From Thermoproteota archaeon (GTDB lineage Archaea; Thermoproteota; Bathyarchaeia; Bathyarchaeales; Bathyarchaeaceae), in the NCBI GenBank assembly GCA_042565955.1, contig JBHORG010000006.1:9087-73086 (forward strand): a DNA stretch of 64,000 nt, written 5' to 3'. The notes under the pieces are model-generated. The model saw only the letters and a program-made list of their open reading frames with translations. It was not told where the DNA came from and did no database searches. Of the stretch, positions 17,706 to 27,163 are shown in pieces. The first letter of the stretch is position 1. The number at the start of each line of letters is the position of its first letter. The position numbers were made by a program, and so were the translations under genes.

Positions 17706-18638
17706 TCACCTGATTATGCGTGCGCCTTGAATGTCTATACTAGATGTTATTATCTTTTCTTTAGGTAATAATTTCTTGAAAGCCGCATAAACAGAATCTA
17801 CATTGTCAAATGTAACTAAGGCGTGAACAGCCTCACCCAACATGTTTTGTGCAGCGCCTACAGCTCCCGCTTTCTTGGATAATTCCATTAACTTTTGGAC
17901 ACGCTTAGTAGCTAAGCCAGTCTCCAAAGCAAATGTTTTACAAGCCGCCATAAAATTTTCCAGAGAAGGCTTATCAAGGATTCGTCTGAGGGTTTTTTTT
18001 CCCCAATCATTGATTATTTCCCTTTTCTCTTCGGAAGCAAGCATTCCCTTAGTGGAGTAAGGTCTAAAGGTACCTATGATTAGTCTATGATTAGGAGAAA
18101 CAAGAATACGATCCAAACGAGCAAAACCAGGTGCACCGGGTTCAATAGATAATCCACACCCCCCAAACAATAATGGACCAACCGTTCCTAGACCCGTTCT
18201 AGACTTTACTTCGGCTATATGAGCTATTCTACCCAACTGATTATATGTAAGATTTAAACCCAAAACTTTGCTTAGAGCCAATGCAGTACCTAGAGCACCA
18301 GCAGCACTAGACCCAAAACCAGCACCAACAGGCACATCTACACAATGCCTCACGGTGACGGTGTATGTTTCAGAAACCTTCTCAGTCAACATTTTAACAA
18401 CAAATTTAGTTGTTTCCGCCTCTGGATACGACTCTTCATTAATAACCACTTGAATCTGTTCTTCTTCAGCCTCAGCCACAACAACTTCAGTTAAAACTCC
18501 CTTATCTGGAGAAAAACCTCCACCCCGAGCACCAATCTGCAAAGGATCAGCAATCAATTTCCCTTCATAAGTCCTGTCACAAATCTCAAAAAAACTGGTT
18601 ATCCCCGCAGGACAGTAAGCTCTGGCACGTTTGAGCAT
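17706..18638 (-). CDS. pantoate kinase (GHMP kinase family, archaeal CoA pathway)
   Basis: GHMP motif PVGAGFGSSAAGALGTALAL; N-terminus AYCPAGITSFFE is typical of archaeal pantoate kinases. Confidence 0.75.
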   Translation of the reverse strand: MLKRARAYCPAGITSFFEICDRTYEGKLIADPLQIGARGGGFSPDKGVLTEVVVAEAEEEQIQVVINEESYPEAETTKFVVKMLTEKVSETYTVTVRHCVDVPVGAGFGSSAAGALGTALALSKVLGLNLTYNQLGRIAHIAEVKSRTGLGTVGPLLFGGCGLSIEPGAPGFARLDRILVSPNHRLIIGTFRPYSTKGMLASEEKREIINDWGKKTLRRILDKPSLENFMAACKTFALETGLATKRVQKLMELSKKAGAVGAAQNMLGEAVHALVTFDNVDSVYAAFKKLLPKEKIITSSIDIQGARIIR

Positions 18639-18652
18639 AAATGTTGCATCCC

Positions 18653-19396
18653 TTATTTTGTATTTTTAGTCCCTAGGAAGGGAAAAGCTCTATAGCAAAT
18701 TTTGGCAACAGGTGGTACAATGATTACGAGGAACGGAATTTCTGTAGCAAAGGTCCAAACCATCCAAAAGAAACTTGCGTATAATGGTGCGTTACGTTCA
18801 AATCCAGTTGTTAAAGGCAATGGAAGAATTTGACTGTAGCCCCAAAGACCGAAACCTATGATTGCGCTTCCCACAAGAAGTCCGATAACAGATGCCAAAC
18901 CATAATTCTTGAATTCAGGTTTCCATAGCCCAAATCCGATTACTATCACAACACAAGCATATAGGACACCTAGAAACATGGCTAAAATATCCCAAGATAA
19001 CTGGTTTATTAAGAACAGGTAACCAATCATTCCTGTTACTGCTGCACTTCCAATACCTAAAAAGGCAATTACATTATGCCACTTAATATTTTGTCTGGAA
19101 ATGAAGCCTATTAGATAGAATCCAACAAAATTTGAGGTACAACCAACAGTGATACTTAGAAGAGCAATTCCATGTCCAGGCTGAACCATATCACTAACGA
19201 AAATTCCAATTGCCGCACCTAATCCACCAATCCAAGGACCAAAAAGCACAGCAAATATTCCAGGAATAAAAACAGCTGGCCAAAATTTGACTACTCCGAA
19301 AAATGGGTTAATTATTCCCATGTTAGTTAAAACTCCAACTATAGCATAAAGCGCGGCACTAACCCCTATCATTGCAATATCAATAGTTTTCATCAT
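18653..19396 (-). CDS. ECF-transporter S-component-like membrane protein
   Basis: 247 aa, six or seven TM; FGPWIGGLGAAIGIFVSD pattern; upstream of and co-directional with the CoA genes. Confidence 0.5.
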   Translation of the reverse strand: MMKTIDIAMIGVSAALYAIVGVLTNMGIINPFFGVVKFWPAVFIPGIFAVLFGPWIGGLGAAIGIFVSDMVQPGHGIALLSITVGCTSNFVGFYLIGFISRQNIKWHNVIAFLGIGSAAVTGMIGYLFLINQLSWDILAMFLGVLYACVVIVIGFGLWKPEFKNYGLASVIGLLVGSAIIGFGLWGYSQILPLPLTTGFERNAPLYASFFWMVWTFATEIPFLVIIVPPVAKICYRAFPFLGTKNTK

Positions 19397-19573
19397 TTAA
19401 TCACTCGAGTTACGTTTCCACTTAAGGATACTCAGAAGTAATATAACAATTCTGTATGGATTATCTAAACATGTACAATGTTTCTGAATTTTTTGAACAA
19501 ACAATTCCTTCCAGATAGAAAAAATTAATTGCCCAAGTAATGAACTATACTAGGCTTTGGGTGGTGATTCTAA

Positions 19574-19801
19574 TTGAAATATAATATTGAGATACAACGT
19601 GGGGGATGCATCGCTTGTGGCGCGTGCTACAGCACAGATCCATCCCACTTCGAACCGGATGATGAAGGAAAGTCAACAGTCATAGGGGGAGAAACTGACG
19701 CTTCTGTTTCCTCTGGAGTCTTCGATGATGAGGATATTGAAAACACCAGAATTGTAGAAGATTCCTGTCCCGTATCGATCATCACTGTAACAGAGCTATA
19801 A
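19574..19801 (+). CDS. small ferredoxin (single-cluster type)
   Basis: TTG start; GGCIACGACY ... CPVSIITV cluster ligands; acidic 75-aa protein. Confidence 0.65.
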   Translation: MKYNIEIQRGGCIACGACYSTDPSHFEPDDEGKSTVIGGETDASVSSGVFDDEDIENTRIVEDSCPVSIITVTEL

Positions 19802-19885
19802 AAAAAGGGGTAAAAATAGCGTAAAGTTTAAGGGCTTGCAGACGTTTTTCCCTCTAAATACTTGTCTTGTTTGAGGAATGAATAG

Positions 19886-20428
19886 TTGAGTTCTAAAGAA
19901 ACATTGGTAGAGAAAAAAACCAAAGTCCTCATAAAACTTCGCGGTTACAAGGTAACAAAGAAGGAAGAAATAAAGAATGCAACCAGCTACGCCATCAAAA
20001 TGAAAGACAAAACGAAAGCGATTCTCTGGGCAGTTACCACCGATGGTACGGTAGGAGTTGCATATGTTACCCTACTAAAGAAAGCAATGGACGACGCCAA
20101 AGTTGAAAAAGGAATCATTACGACCATTGGAAAATACACGCATACTGCTAAAAGCCGCTCTAAACAACATGGAATAGAACTTATCCCAAAAATTTTTCCA
20201 TCATTTAATATTTTCGACCACGAATTTGTGTCAAAACATCAACTGCTCACAACTGAAGAAAAGGAACAATTTCTAAAGGACAACAAAGCGCAGCCTTTCC
20301 AGCTGCCTCGCATCAACGCTTCGGATCCATCTATCATAGCTGTGGGCGGTAAACCAGGTGACATAGTAAGGGTTATCAGAAATAGTAAAACTGCAGGCGA
20401 ATTCATAGCCTTTAGATATGTTATTTAG
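19886..20428 (+). CDS. rpoH: RNA polymerase subunit Rpo5/RpoH, long form with Rpb5-like N-terminal (restriction-endonuclease-fold-like) domain
   Basis: C-terminal 75 aa FNIFDHEFVSKHQLLTTEEKEQFL...LPRINASDPSIIAVGGKPGDIVRVIRNSKTAGEFIAFRYVI is a clear RpoH/Rpb5-C match. N-terminal 105 aa aligns by eye with the eukaryotic Rpb5 N-domain (RGYKVTKKEE; VGVAYV; KGIITTIGKYTHTAK). Confidence 0.75.
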   Translation: MSSKETLVEKKTKVLIKLRGYKVTKKEEIKNATSYAIKMKDKTKAILWAVTTDGTVGVAYVTLLKKAMDDAKVEKGIITTIGKYTHTAKSRSKQHGIELIPKIFPSFNIFDHEFVSKHQLLTTEEKEQFLKDNKAQPFQLPRINASDPSIIAVGGKPGDIVRVIRNSKTAGEFIAFRYVI

Positions 20429-20612
20429 AATAAAAATTTTCAAGGTAATACTATAGAAAAGATTTCTGTTTGGGGTGTTTATAGTAGCCAATATCCATAG
20501 CCATTAATTGGGTAGCGATCATTCAAGGAATATTTCCTTTTGATTAACATATTATATTAAGAAGAATATATGTGTAAATTTATTAAAAGTGCATCATTTA
20601 AAGTGAGAACAA

Positions 20613-21167
20613 ATGGATATATCAGCACTATTGATTGCTTTATCATTGGCGATGGATTCATTTTCAGTAGCAATAGCAAATGGACCTAACAAAATCATTC
20701 AAAACTACCAATGCAATTAAGATATCAATTTTTTTTGGGTTCTTTCAAGCAATCATGCCCATAATGGTATGGTATACCGGTGCACATATACTAGATTTGA
20801 TTTCGGAGTTTGACCACTGGTTAGCATTTATTCTATTAACATTCATTGGCTCCAGAATGATCTACGAGGCAATCAAAAAGAAATCAGACAACATCATTGG
20901 TTCATATACCATCAAAATATTACTTTTATTATCAGTCGCTACCAGCCTTAACGCTTTAGCATTGGTCTTAGTCTATCTATTCTTAATATTTCGATCATAA
21001 CGCCTGCAATAGTAACTGGAATTGTTACTTTCATCTTGTTCTTTGGCGGATTCTATCTCGGTGACAAATTTGGACACATTCTGAGAAACAGAGTTGAAGC
21101 AATGGGGGGCCTAATTTTGATCGCTATAGGAACTAAGATTCTCTTTGAACACATTGTAATAATCTAG
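20613..21167 (+). pseudogene. mntP: manganese efflux pump MntP homologue disrupted by two frameshifts
   Basis: Three segments in frames 0/+1/0. MDISALLIALSLAMDSFSVAIANG | LTKSFKTTNAIKISIFFGFFQAIMPIMVW...DHWLAFILLTFIGSRMIYE...SLNALA | IGLSLSILNISIITPAIV...GGLILIAIGTKILFEH together match MntP end to end. Confidence 0.7.
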
Positions 21168-21379
21168 CTAAATCACATTTTTACAAAAAGATCAAAGCAG
21201 TATTTTTAACCATCCGTATATTATGAAGTTCAGGTAAACCTTCTATTGCGTCGCCAAGATATACTGTGAAATAGTTCATCATATTCTTTTTCTCGTAATA
21301 TGTTCCATATGGAAAAACAGTATTTTAGAGGTTTAATGCATAGAAGAAAGGTACTGAACAGGATTAGCGAGGAATCATA

Positions 21380-21691
21380 TTGAAAAGCAATAGTCTAGAA
21401 ACATTTTGGGAACGTAGAGACAGACTCAAAATAATGGCAGAAATAATGGAAGTTGCGAAAGGAAGCAAACTGAAGACCCGAATTATGTATATGGTTAATT
21501 TGAGTTTCAGCCAAGTCAACGAGTATCTTTCTTTCCTAACTGAAATGGGATTCCTTATTGTCCGCGTAGACAACAGAAGAAAAATCTATGAAACAACTGC
21601 TAAAGGAAAAAATTTCATAGAAAATTACATGGATATGGCAAAACTCCTGAATACAGAAGAACTTGTTAGAGTCCCAATTCTGGCAAAGTAA
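21380..21691 (+). CDS. winged-helix DNA-binding protein (archaeal HTH_45-like)
   Basis: RDRLKIMAEIMEVAKGSKLKTRIMYMVNLSFSQVNEYLSFLTEMGFL pattern of small archaeal wHTH regulators; the real start may be ATG 21434. Confidence 0.6.
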   Translation: MKSNSLETFWERRDRLKIMAEIMEVAKGSKLKTRIMYMVNLSFSQVNEYLSFLTEMGFLIVRVDNRRKIYETTAKGKNFIENYMDMAKLLNTEELVRVPILAK

Positions 21692-22036
21692 GCCATTGTA
21701 TAAACCACAATCAACATTGCCATACTATTTTTCAGCATATTTGAGGCAATCTAAAAAAAAGACCAATAAAAATTACGTTTTGCTAAATATCAAGAATATA
21801 GACATTTAACGCAAAGTTAATCGTGATGAATGACGATGTTTTATTGGAAAAAATAAAAAAGGGTCTATTAATAAATGTAAATTTATTCCGAAAAAAGGAA
21901 AAATCGTTCGGATACATCCGGTTATCTAAAAAAATTCGAATGAATGTACAAGTTTATAAGTAACGTTAAAGTATGAATTTTCAGAGTTAGTGTTCTAACG
22001 AAACTAATTCCTTAATGAATAGGAGGTGCAATCCGA

Positions 22037-22189
22037 ATGTCTTATGGTGGACCAAGAGAAATGCACGATGCCGTCTGTGCTGAATGTGGACAGAAATGTC
22101 AAGTTCCTTTCAAGCCTGACTCAAGCAGACCTGTATATTGTAGAGAATGTTATAGTAAACGAAGACCCCCGAGAAGAAATAGATATTAA
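22037..22189 (+). CDS. CxxC-x17-CxxC zinc-finger mini-protein (50 aa)
   Basis: Not in the track (under 60 aa). AGGAGGTG lies 8 nt upstream of the ATG. MSYGGPREMHDAVCAECGQKCQVPFKPDSSRPVYCRECYSKRRPPRRNRY. Confidence 0.55.
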   Translation: MSYGGPREMHDAVCAECGQKCQVPFKPDSSRPVYCRECYSKRRPPRRNRY

Positions 22190-22397
22190 GCTCACCAGCT
22201 AAAATCTATTTTTGTCATTCAATTTTTTTTATTCTTTTTTTTATTTTACGGCTTCAAACATCAGTATGCAAAGTTTGACGAGTTTGTAAGTAAATCTTCA
22301 AATAATAAGTGAGTGATTACTTGCATATTATTTTCTTAGAAAAATTGAGGGGTTATGTATATATAATGAAATAGCCCTAATCGCTGTAATTTGGATT

Positions 22398-22958
22398 TTA
22401 TTCGTAATATATTAGATCTTTTTCCTCAAGGTCTTTATGAAGTTTGTCAACCGCTAGGTATACATCTTCTTCTTTTGTGGCTCCGGTGCAAACAAGTTTA
22501 CCGCTTGCGAAAAGAAGAATCACTACTTTAGGTACATCCATTCTATATATGAGACCTGGAAACTGTTCGGGTTCATACATGGTTCTCCCTAGAGAGTACG
22601 CACAATCTTCTAGTTCAATTCTCCCCATAAGGTTCGCTGAGGCAACTATGTTCACCACTCTGATTTCAGGTTTCCCAGTGATTATTATTCCGCTTTTTTT
22701 CAGTTCCCTTACAACTTTTAGAACAGCTTTTCTTGATTCATTTGCAGACTTGGCTCCAGTGCAAACCATCTTCCCCGTACTAAAAATGAGAATTGCAGTC
22801 TTGGGTTTTTTTAACCTAAAAACTAAGCCTGGAAATTTTTCTGGACGATATTCAACTAAAGGATTTCCCTTAACGACTGCATTAAGGTCTATACTCTGAT
22901 TCATTGTGGCAGATGAAACTACGTTTTCGATTCGGATGGAATCTTCAACCTTAGGCAT
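22398..22958 (-). CDS. tbp: TATA-box binding protein
   Basis: Two direct TBP repeats: IENVVSSA...FPGLVFRLKKPKTAILIFSTGKMVCTGAKS and IVNIVASA...FPGLIYRMDVPKVVILLFASGKLVCTGAT. Confidence 0.95.
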   Translation of the reverse strand: MPKVEDSIRIENVVSSATMNQSIDLNAVVKGNPLVEYRPEKFPGLVFRLKKPKTAILIFSTGKMVCTGAKSANESRKAVLKVVRELKKSGIIITGKPEIRVVNIVASANLMGRIELEDCAYSLGRTMYEPEQFPGLIYRMDVPKVVILLFASGKLVCTGATKEEDVYLAVDKLHKDLEEKDLIYYE

Positions 22959-23085
22959 TTTTATTCCGCCTTATACCAAACATGACTTTTAAGGACGTAT
23001 TTAAAGGGTTCTGGAAAATATTGTATTAGATGTTTTGGTAATTACAAAAAACAGGTACCCTATGTAGCCTCAACAAGATTGGATG

Positions 23086-23110
23086 AAAAAAAAGAAACAA
23101 GAGAAGAAAG
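23086..23110 (-). terminator. oligo-T tract downstream of cdhE
   Basis: In minus-strand sense, TTTCTTTTTTTTC follows the cdhE stop within about 30 nt; archaeal termination typically occurs at oligo-T. Confidence 0.4.
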
Positions 23111-23123
23111 TAACTTTACTAAG

Positions 23124-24545
23124 CTACTTCCACTTGTCTTGTAGGAATTTGGCTATTCCTGAAGAGTCCCTTGGTCCAACTAGGACTTCCCAGTTAGATA
23201 GTTCCTCTATTTCTCCGCTGATGCGCGCCGCTTTACCAGGTATTATCAGTTTTCGGTGTTTTACTTTTTCCTCTATCTTGCTCTCTTTGATTGCGTCCGA
23301 AACAGTTTCGGCAGTCAGTTTTCTACCCGCAACTCCACTATCTATAGCGGTCCCCTCAGAGTCAACGACTAACAAATAGGCAGATGTACCAGCGGATTCT
23401 ATATCCTGTGCCACAGTGTAATATGTTAATGCAAAGTTAGAAGTCATCATCACTGGAGAATTTTCATCAGGAGTTCCAAGGATTCTCAATCCTGCTTCTA
23501 CAGCAACGGGTTTTCTGGGGTCAGTGTAAAGGTTTTGTCGCAATACAGTTAGTGGTAAAAGCGCCCATCCTTCGGTTCCATGCATGATTAAAATATCCGC
23601 ATATCGGGTTACAAGCATTGATGCAACGTAGGCTTCGTTCCAGGTGTTTACTGTTGGTGAGTTTGCGGTTTCAGCCCAAGCTACAATAGGGGTTCCGATT
23701 AGAGGATAACCCAAAAGTCCGTCACCCAAATTGCATGCAGCTCGACGGATCATAGTGAAGTTATTGATTGTGTCTCCTAAACCGGCACGGGTGAAAGTTC
23801 CGGGGTCCAATACTAGGTCTTCGACCCCATATTCCTTCATTGTCTTTACCATTGATCTAAGAAGAGAAATGTCGTTTGGTGCAGAAACAACTAGCGGACA
23901 GTTATACATTAACGCCAGGTCTGCCATCTCTTTCCAGTTATCTTTGGTAGCAGCATAGATTAAAGGTCTAGCTTTTGGAATTGACATTAATCCACTTTCA
24001 AGAATTGTTGTATTAAATGAGCAAAGAATTATTGGCAAATTCGTGTTTTCTGCAACTTTCTTAACTGTTGCTTTGAATTTCTCTGCATCGTTAGAAGTTG
24101 AACGAATAGCAATCATTTGCAACTGAAGGTTGTTTCCAATATATAGGTAAGTAAAGTCTTGAGTCTTTTTCACTCTAGCTAGTAATTCTTCATCAGACAT
24201 TTTGTCAGTAACATCAATAGCAATGGCAGTTGGATTTGTATATGTGAACTCATGACGATACATAACCAATTTTCCGCCAACATTGACCGCATGGTCGCCC
24301 ACACCAACAATTAGCTCTTTGACTGCTGGTTTAAGCATCTCTGAGAGCTGTTTGTAATTCTTTTTAAATTCTTTTGTCTGAAGAGAAGGACACTGATCTA
24401 TACTAACTTCCCGGTTCACCACTTTCGTGGCAAAAGCCATACAGTTGTCTTCTCCACATTCTTTGCAATTTGTTTTAGGAAGCAGCATGTAAACGTCGAT
24501 TGGGCTAAGTTGCTTCATTCCACCCTTAGTTTTATTTTCAGACAT
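23124..24545 (-). CDS. cdhE: acetyl-CoA decarbonylase/synthase gamma subunit (corrinoid Fe-S protein large subunit)
   Basis: N-terminal LLPKTNCKECGEDNCMAFATKVV 4Fe-4S motif and 473-aa length; last gene of the cdh operon. Confidence 0.9.
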   Translation of the reverse strand: MSENKTKGGMKQLSPIDVYMLLPKTNCKECGEDNCMAFATKVVNREVSIDQCPSLQTKEFKKNYKQLSEMLKPAVKELIVGVGDHAVNVGGKLVMYRHEFTYTNPTAIAIDVTDKMSDEELLARVKKTQDFTYLYIGNNLQLQMIAIRSTSNDAEKFKATVKKVAENTNLPIILCSFNTTILESGLMSIPKARPLIYAATKDNWKEMADLALMYNCPLVVSAPNDISLLRSMVKTMKEYGVEDLVLDPGTFTRAGLGDTINNFTMIRRAACNLGDGLLGYPLIGTPIVAWAETANSPTVNTWNEAYVASMLVTRYADILIMHGTEGWALLPLTVLRQNLYTDPRKPVAVEAGLRILGTPDENSPVMMTSNFALTYYTVAQDIESAGTSAYLLVVDSEGTAIDSGVAGRKLTAETVSDAIKESKIEEKVKHRKLIIPGKAARISGEIEELSNWEVLVGPRDSSGIAKFLQDKWK

Positions 24546-24558
24546 GTCAAATCAATCC

Positions 24559-25764
24559 TCAAAATTTCGCTGTTACCCAGTTAGCGATCTGGGCAATGTT
24601 CACAGTGCCTCGTTTTTCCGTCAATTTTTTAACGGTGTTTCTAAGGGTTTTAACGGCTGCAGGATGCAACATCATAAACAAGTCAACACCAGCCAACAAC
24701 AAAGTTAAGCCGGTTACAGTTTCCCAGAGGGGTCCACGAAGTTCTCTGGCGCCCCATTGTGGATCCATCTTCTGCCAAGCCTCTCTTGCTGCCCAAGCGT
24801 TAGTTGTTCCAGAAGACATGGGTTGCTGAAGTTCGGGGTCTCCCATCAAACCAGCTAGACGTGCACGTTCCATAATTGTGTATGCATAATCAAGTCCATA
24901 ACCTAACGCTGCTGTTGTTGTGTCCATTATTATTTGATCTTTGGGTAGATACTCAAGAAGGCGCCTGTTTAGTTCTCTTGCTTGGTTTAGATCCATTGGA
25001 GAGAAAGCTAAAGCAACGTGACCATGCTTCTTGATTAGGTTAGCTGACTTTTCTATGTCCATGTCCAAAGTAACTGTACTTATGAGAAGTCTTTCTCCTT
25101 CAGCTGCTGCAGTTACTTTCTCGAAAACGGCTAAATCTTTCTCGGGGTCACCACATCCACCTACAACAAGTGGCACATCAACTGCTTGAAGTACATCCTC
25201 AACAGTTTTTGCTGCTTCAGCAGGTGTTGAAGGTTTGGGATTTAATGGATCAATGCTAACCAAGTGGAGCGTAATCATGTTTGCTCCGAACTTGTCAACT
25301 GCAAATTTTGCCCACGATACAGGATCTTCTATTGCATCATTGAAGTTTGTTTTCACAGCTTTAGGTATGGGTACTTTGGAGTCAAAAACATCAAGAGATA
25401 TTACTGGCGAATTAAGTGTAGGATTTTCAAATGTATAGAATGATGGAGACTTTTCTCCACCAATTATTACAGGTTTTCCTCGACTTCCACCTTGGCTTTT
25501 TGTCGCTCCAAGCGTAACCTCTACGATTTCTCCAGGATATTTCTGTACTGGAAGAGCGAATGGTGCATCCAAGAGAGCCGTTGGCTTGATTCTTGATGCA
25601 ATCATTCTCTGGATAGCAGGCAATACACCTGGCTGATAAATGAATTCAATCTCATCCACTTCCATGTCGACATCTTCGAGCTCAATCTCGTCGTTACCCT
25701 TAAGGAGATCTAAGAGTTCGGGGGGAAGGTTGAGGTCAGAGGTTTTGTCCGCCCTTTCGGGCAT
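24559..25764 (-). CDS. cdhD: acetyl-CoA decarbonylase/synthase delta subunit (corrinoid Fe-S protein small subunit)
   Basis: Acidic N-terminus followed by a TIM-barrel-like region; position between cdhC and cdhE. Confidence 0.85.
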   Translation of the reverse strand: MPERADKTSDLNLPPELLDLLKGNDEIELEDVDMEVDEIEFIYQPGVLPAIQRMIASRIKPTALLDAPFALPVQKYPGEIVEVTLGATKSQGGSRGKPVIIGGEKSPSFYTFENPTLNSPVISLDVFDSKVPIPKAVKTNFNDAIEDPVSWAKFAVDKFGANMITLHLVSIDPLNPKPSTPAEAAKTVEDVLQAVDVPLVVGGCGDPEKDLAVFEKVTAAAEGERLLISTVTLDMDIEKSANLIKKHGHVALAFSPMDLNQARELNRRLLEYLPKDQIIMDTTTAALGYGLDYAYTIMERARLAGLMGDPELQQPMSSGTTNAWAAREAWQKMDPQWGARELRGPLWETVTGLTLLLAGVDLFMMLHPAAVKTLRNTVKKLTEKRGTVNIAQIANWVTAKF

Positions 25765-25770
25765 AAATTT

Positions 25771-27159
25771 TCACCTTTTTGATTTTTCCCGTTTAATGAT
25801 TACTGTCTCGGCATGGATTTTAGCATTCTTGAAGATTATCGTGAATCCTCCAGAGGTAACAGTTGCTGCTGATACCGGAAATGCTGTTCCTTCGAGGGTA
25901 TCTTCGTTTTCCGAGGTTGATACTATGTCAGGTGAAATTTCCTTCCATCTTTGGATAACAGGGTGATTCTTTTCCTTGAGGAAAGTCTTTAGTTCGTCAA
26001 CTGTCTTTGCCTCGTTTTCTGTAGCTACGTTCGTAATAGCGTCTTTGGGCATGAAATCTTTTACGCGGTCCTTAATGCTTTGGGGCATCCAGACTACGCG
26101 GTCCCAGCCACCATCTGCTTGCAAGAATTTGGGTGATCGAATATATTCTATAGCTATACCGTGGAAACCATCTACTTGTCTACCTCCAGCGCCAGAGTCT
26201 GCTAGTGTCGAGAAAGGTAGTCCGTTTACTGTTACTCCTTTGAATCCTCGATCTACAATGCCGTAGCCCTCTACTTCTGGAATATAGAATGCCATAGCTT
26301 CGAAACAACCGCAAGAAGTGTGTGGATAACCGAAACCTGTATACATCCATACTTTGTCAACTGAACCTAGTGTCTTCTGTTTGATGGACTTGTTGATTCC
26401 TGAGAATTCTCCTTTTTCAGCGTCAAGTAATTCTCCTTTTTCGATTGCAAAAACTGGACCTTTTGGGTCAACCTGTGCAGATGCTCTCCCGTCGAACCAG
26501 CTGATTGAGCCACAGTTTGAGTATCGTTGAGGAGTAATTACGCACATGTGTGTTGGCGCGAAGGATTGGCACAAAGTACAACCATAGAAAGTGTCAACTT
26601 CTGAGTCTTTCATTCCTCTGGCTTTTGCGTCTCTGGCTTCATAAACTTCCAATGCTTGATCATGCATTTCTTGAACTTTTGTAGGGTCAGTTACGAAGGT
26701 AATTTGAATCTTTTCAATAAATGGCAACTCGCTCTTGTAGAGTCTTGCCAAAACTTTTCCAATGTAAGTAAATGAGTTCAGTCCTTTCTGGAAGGATTTC
26801 TTGCTTACACGTATCCAGATGTCGTATCGTTGGTTTAGGTGCATAATTCCTTCGATGAAGTTTAGATATTCATGGATTCGACGTTCTGTTACGCCCTCAA
26901 GATCTTCTTCAATGGCTTTGCCAGCAACTTCTACATAAATACCGAAAGGAACATTGCCGCCTTCAGGCAAGTCTTTGAGATCAGGTCCAATTACAGTAAC
27001 TTTTTCGTCTTCGATTTCATCCATTTTCTTTGCACGTACTAGTTCGAATTTCGCTGCCTGTTTTGGTCCTCCTAGTTCGATTTGCATGTTGTTTCTTCGG
27101 ATTCTTTCTCCTTCGTAGATTACTCCAACATCCACTGGGATGTCTTCAAACATTGACAT
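25771..27159 (-). CDS. cdhC: acetyl-CoA decarbonylase/synthase beta subunit (A-cluster acetyl-CoA synthase)
   Basis: FEDIPVDVGVIYEGERIRRNNMQIELGGPK N-terminus and Cys motifs (CTLCQSFAPTHMCVITP; SCGCFE) typical of CdhC/AcsB. Confidence 0.9.
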   Translation of the reverse strand: MSMFEDIPVDVGVIYEGERIRRNNMQIELGGPKQAAKFELVRAKKMDEIEDEKVTVIGPDLKDLPEGGNVPFGIYVEVAGKAIEEDLEGVTERRIHEYLNFIEGIMHLNQRYDIWIRVSKKSFQKGLNSFTYIGKVLARLYKSELPFIEKIQITFVTDPTKVQEMHDQALEVYEARDAKARGMKDSEVDTFYGCTLCQSFAPTHMCVITPQRYSNCGSISWFDGRASAQVDPKGPVFAIEKGELLDAEKGEFSGINKSIKQKTLGSVDKVWMYTGFGYPHTSCGCFEAMAFYIPEVEGYGIVDRGFKGVTVNGLPFSTLADSGAGGRQVDGFHGIAIEYIRSPKFLQADGGWDRVVWMPQSIKDRVKDFMPKDAITNVATENEAKTVDELKTFLKEKNHPVIQRWKEISPDIVSTSENEDTLEGTAFPVSAATVTSGGFTIIFKNAKIHAETVIIKREKSKR

Positions 27160-27163
27160 TTTT

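Noticed and set aside
21181-21282. 33-codon minus-strand ORF MMNYFTVYLGDAIEGLPELHNIRMVKNTALIFL resembling the N-terminus of a DNA methyltransferase
   Set aside because: It is too short, and the similarity is limited to a GD..E.L..L pattern. No catalytic DPPY/SPPY motif follows. At best it is an unverifiable relic.
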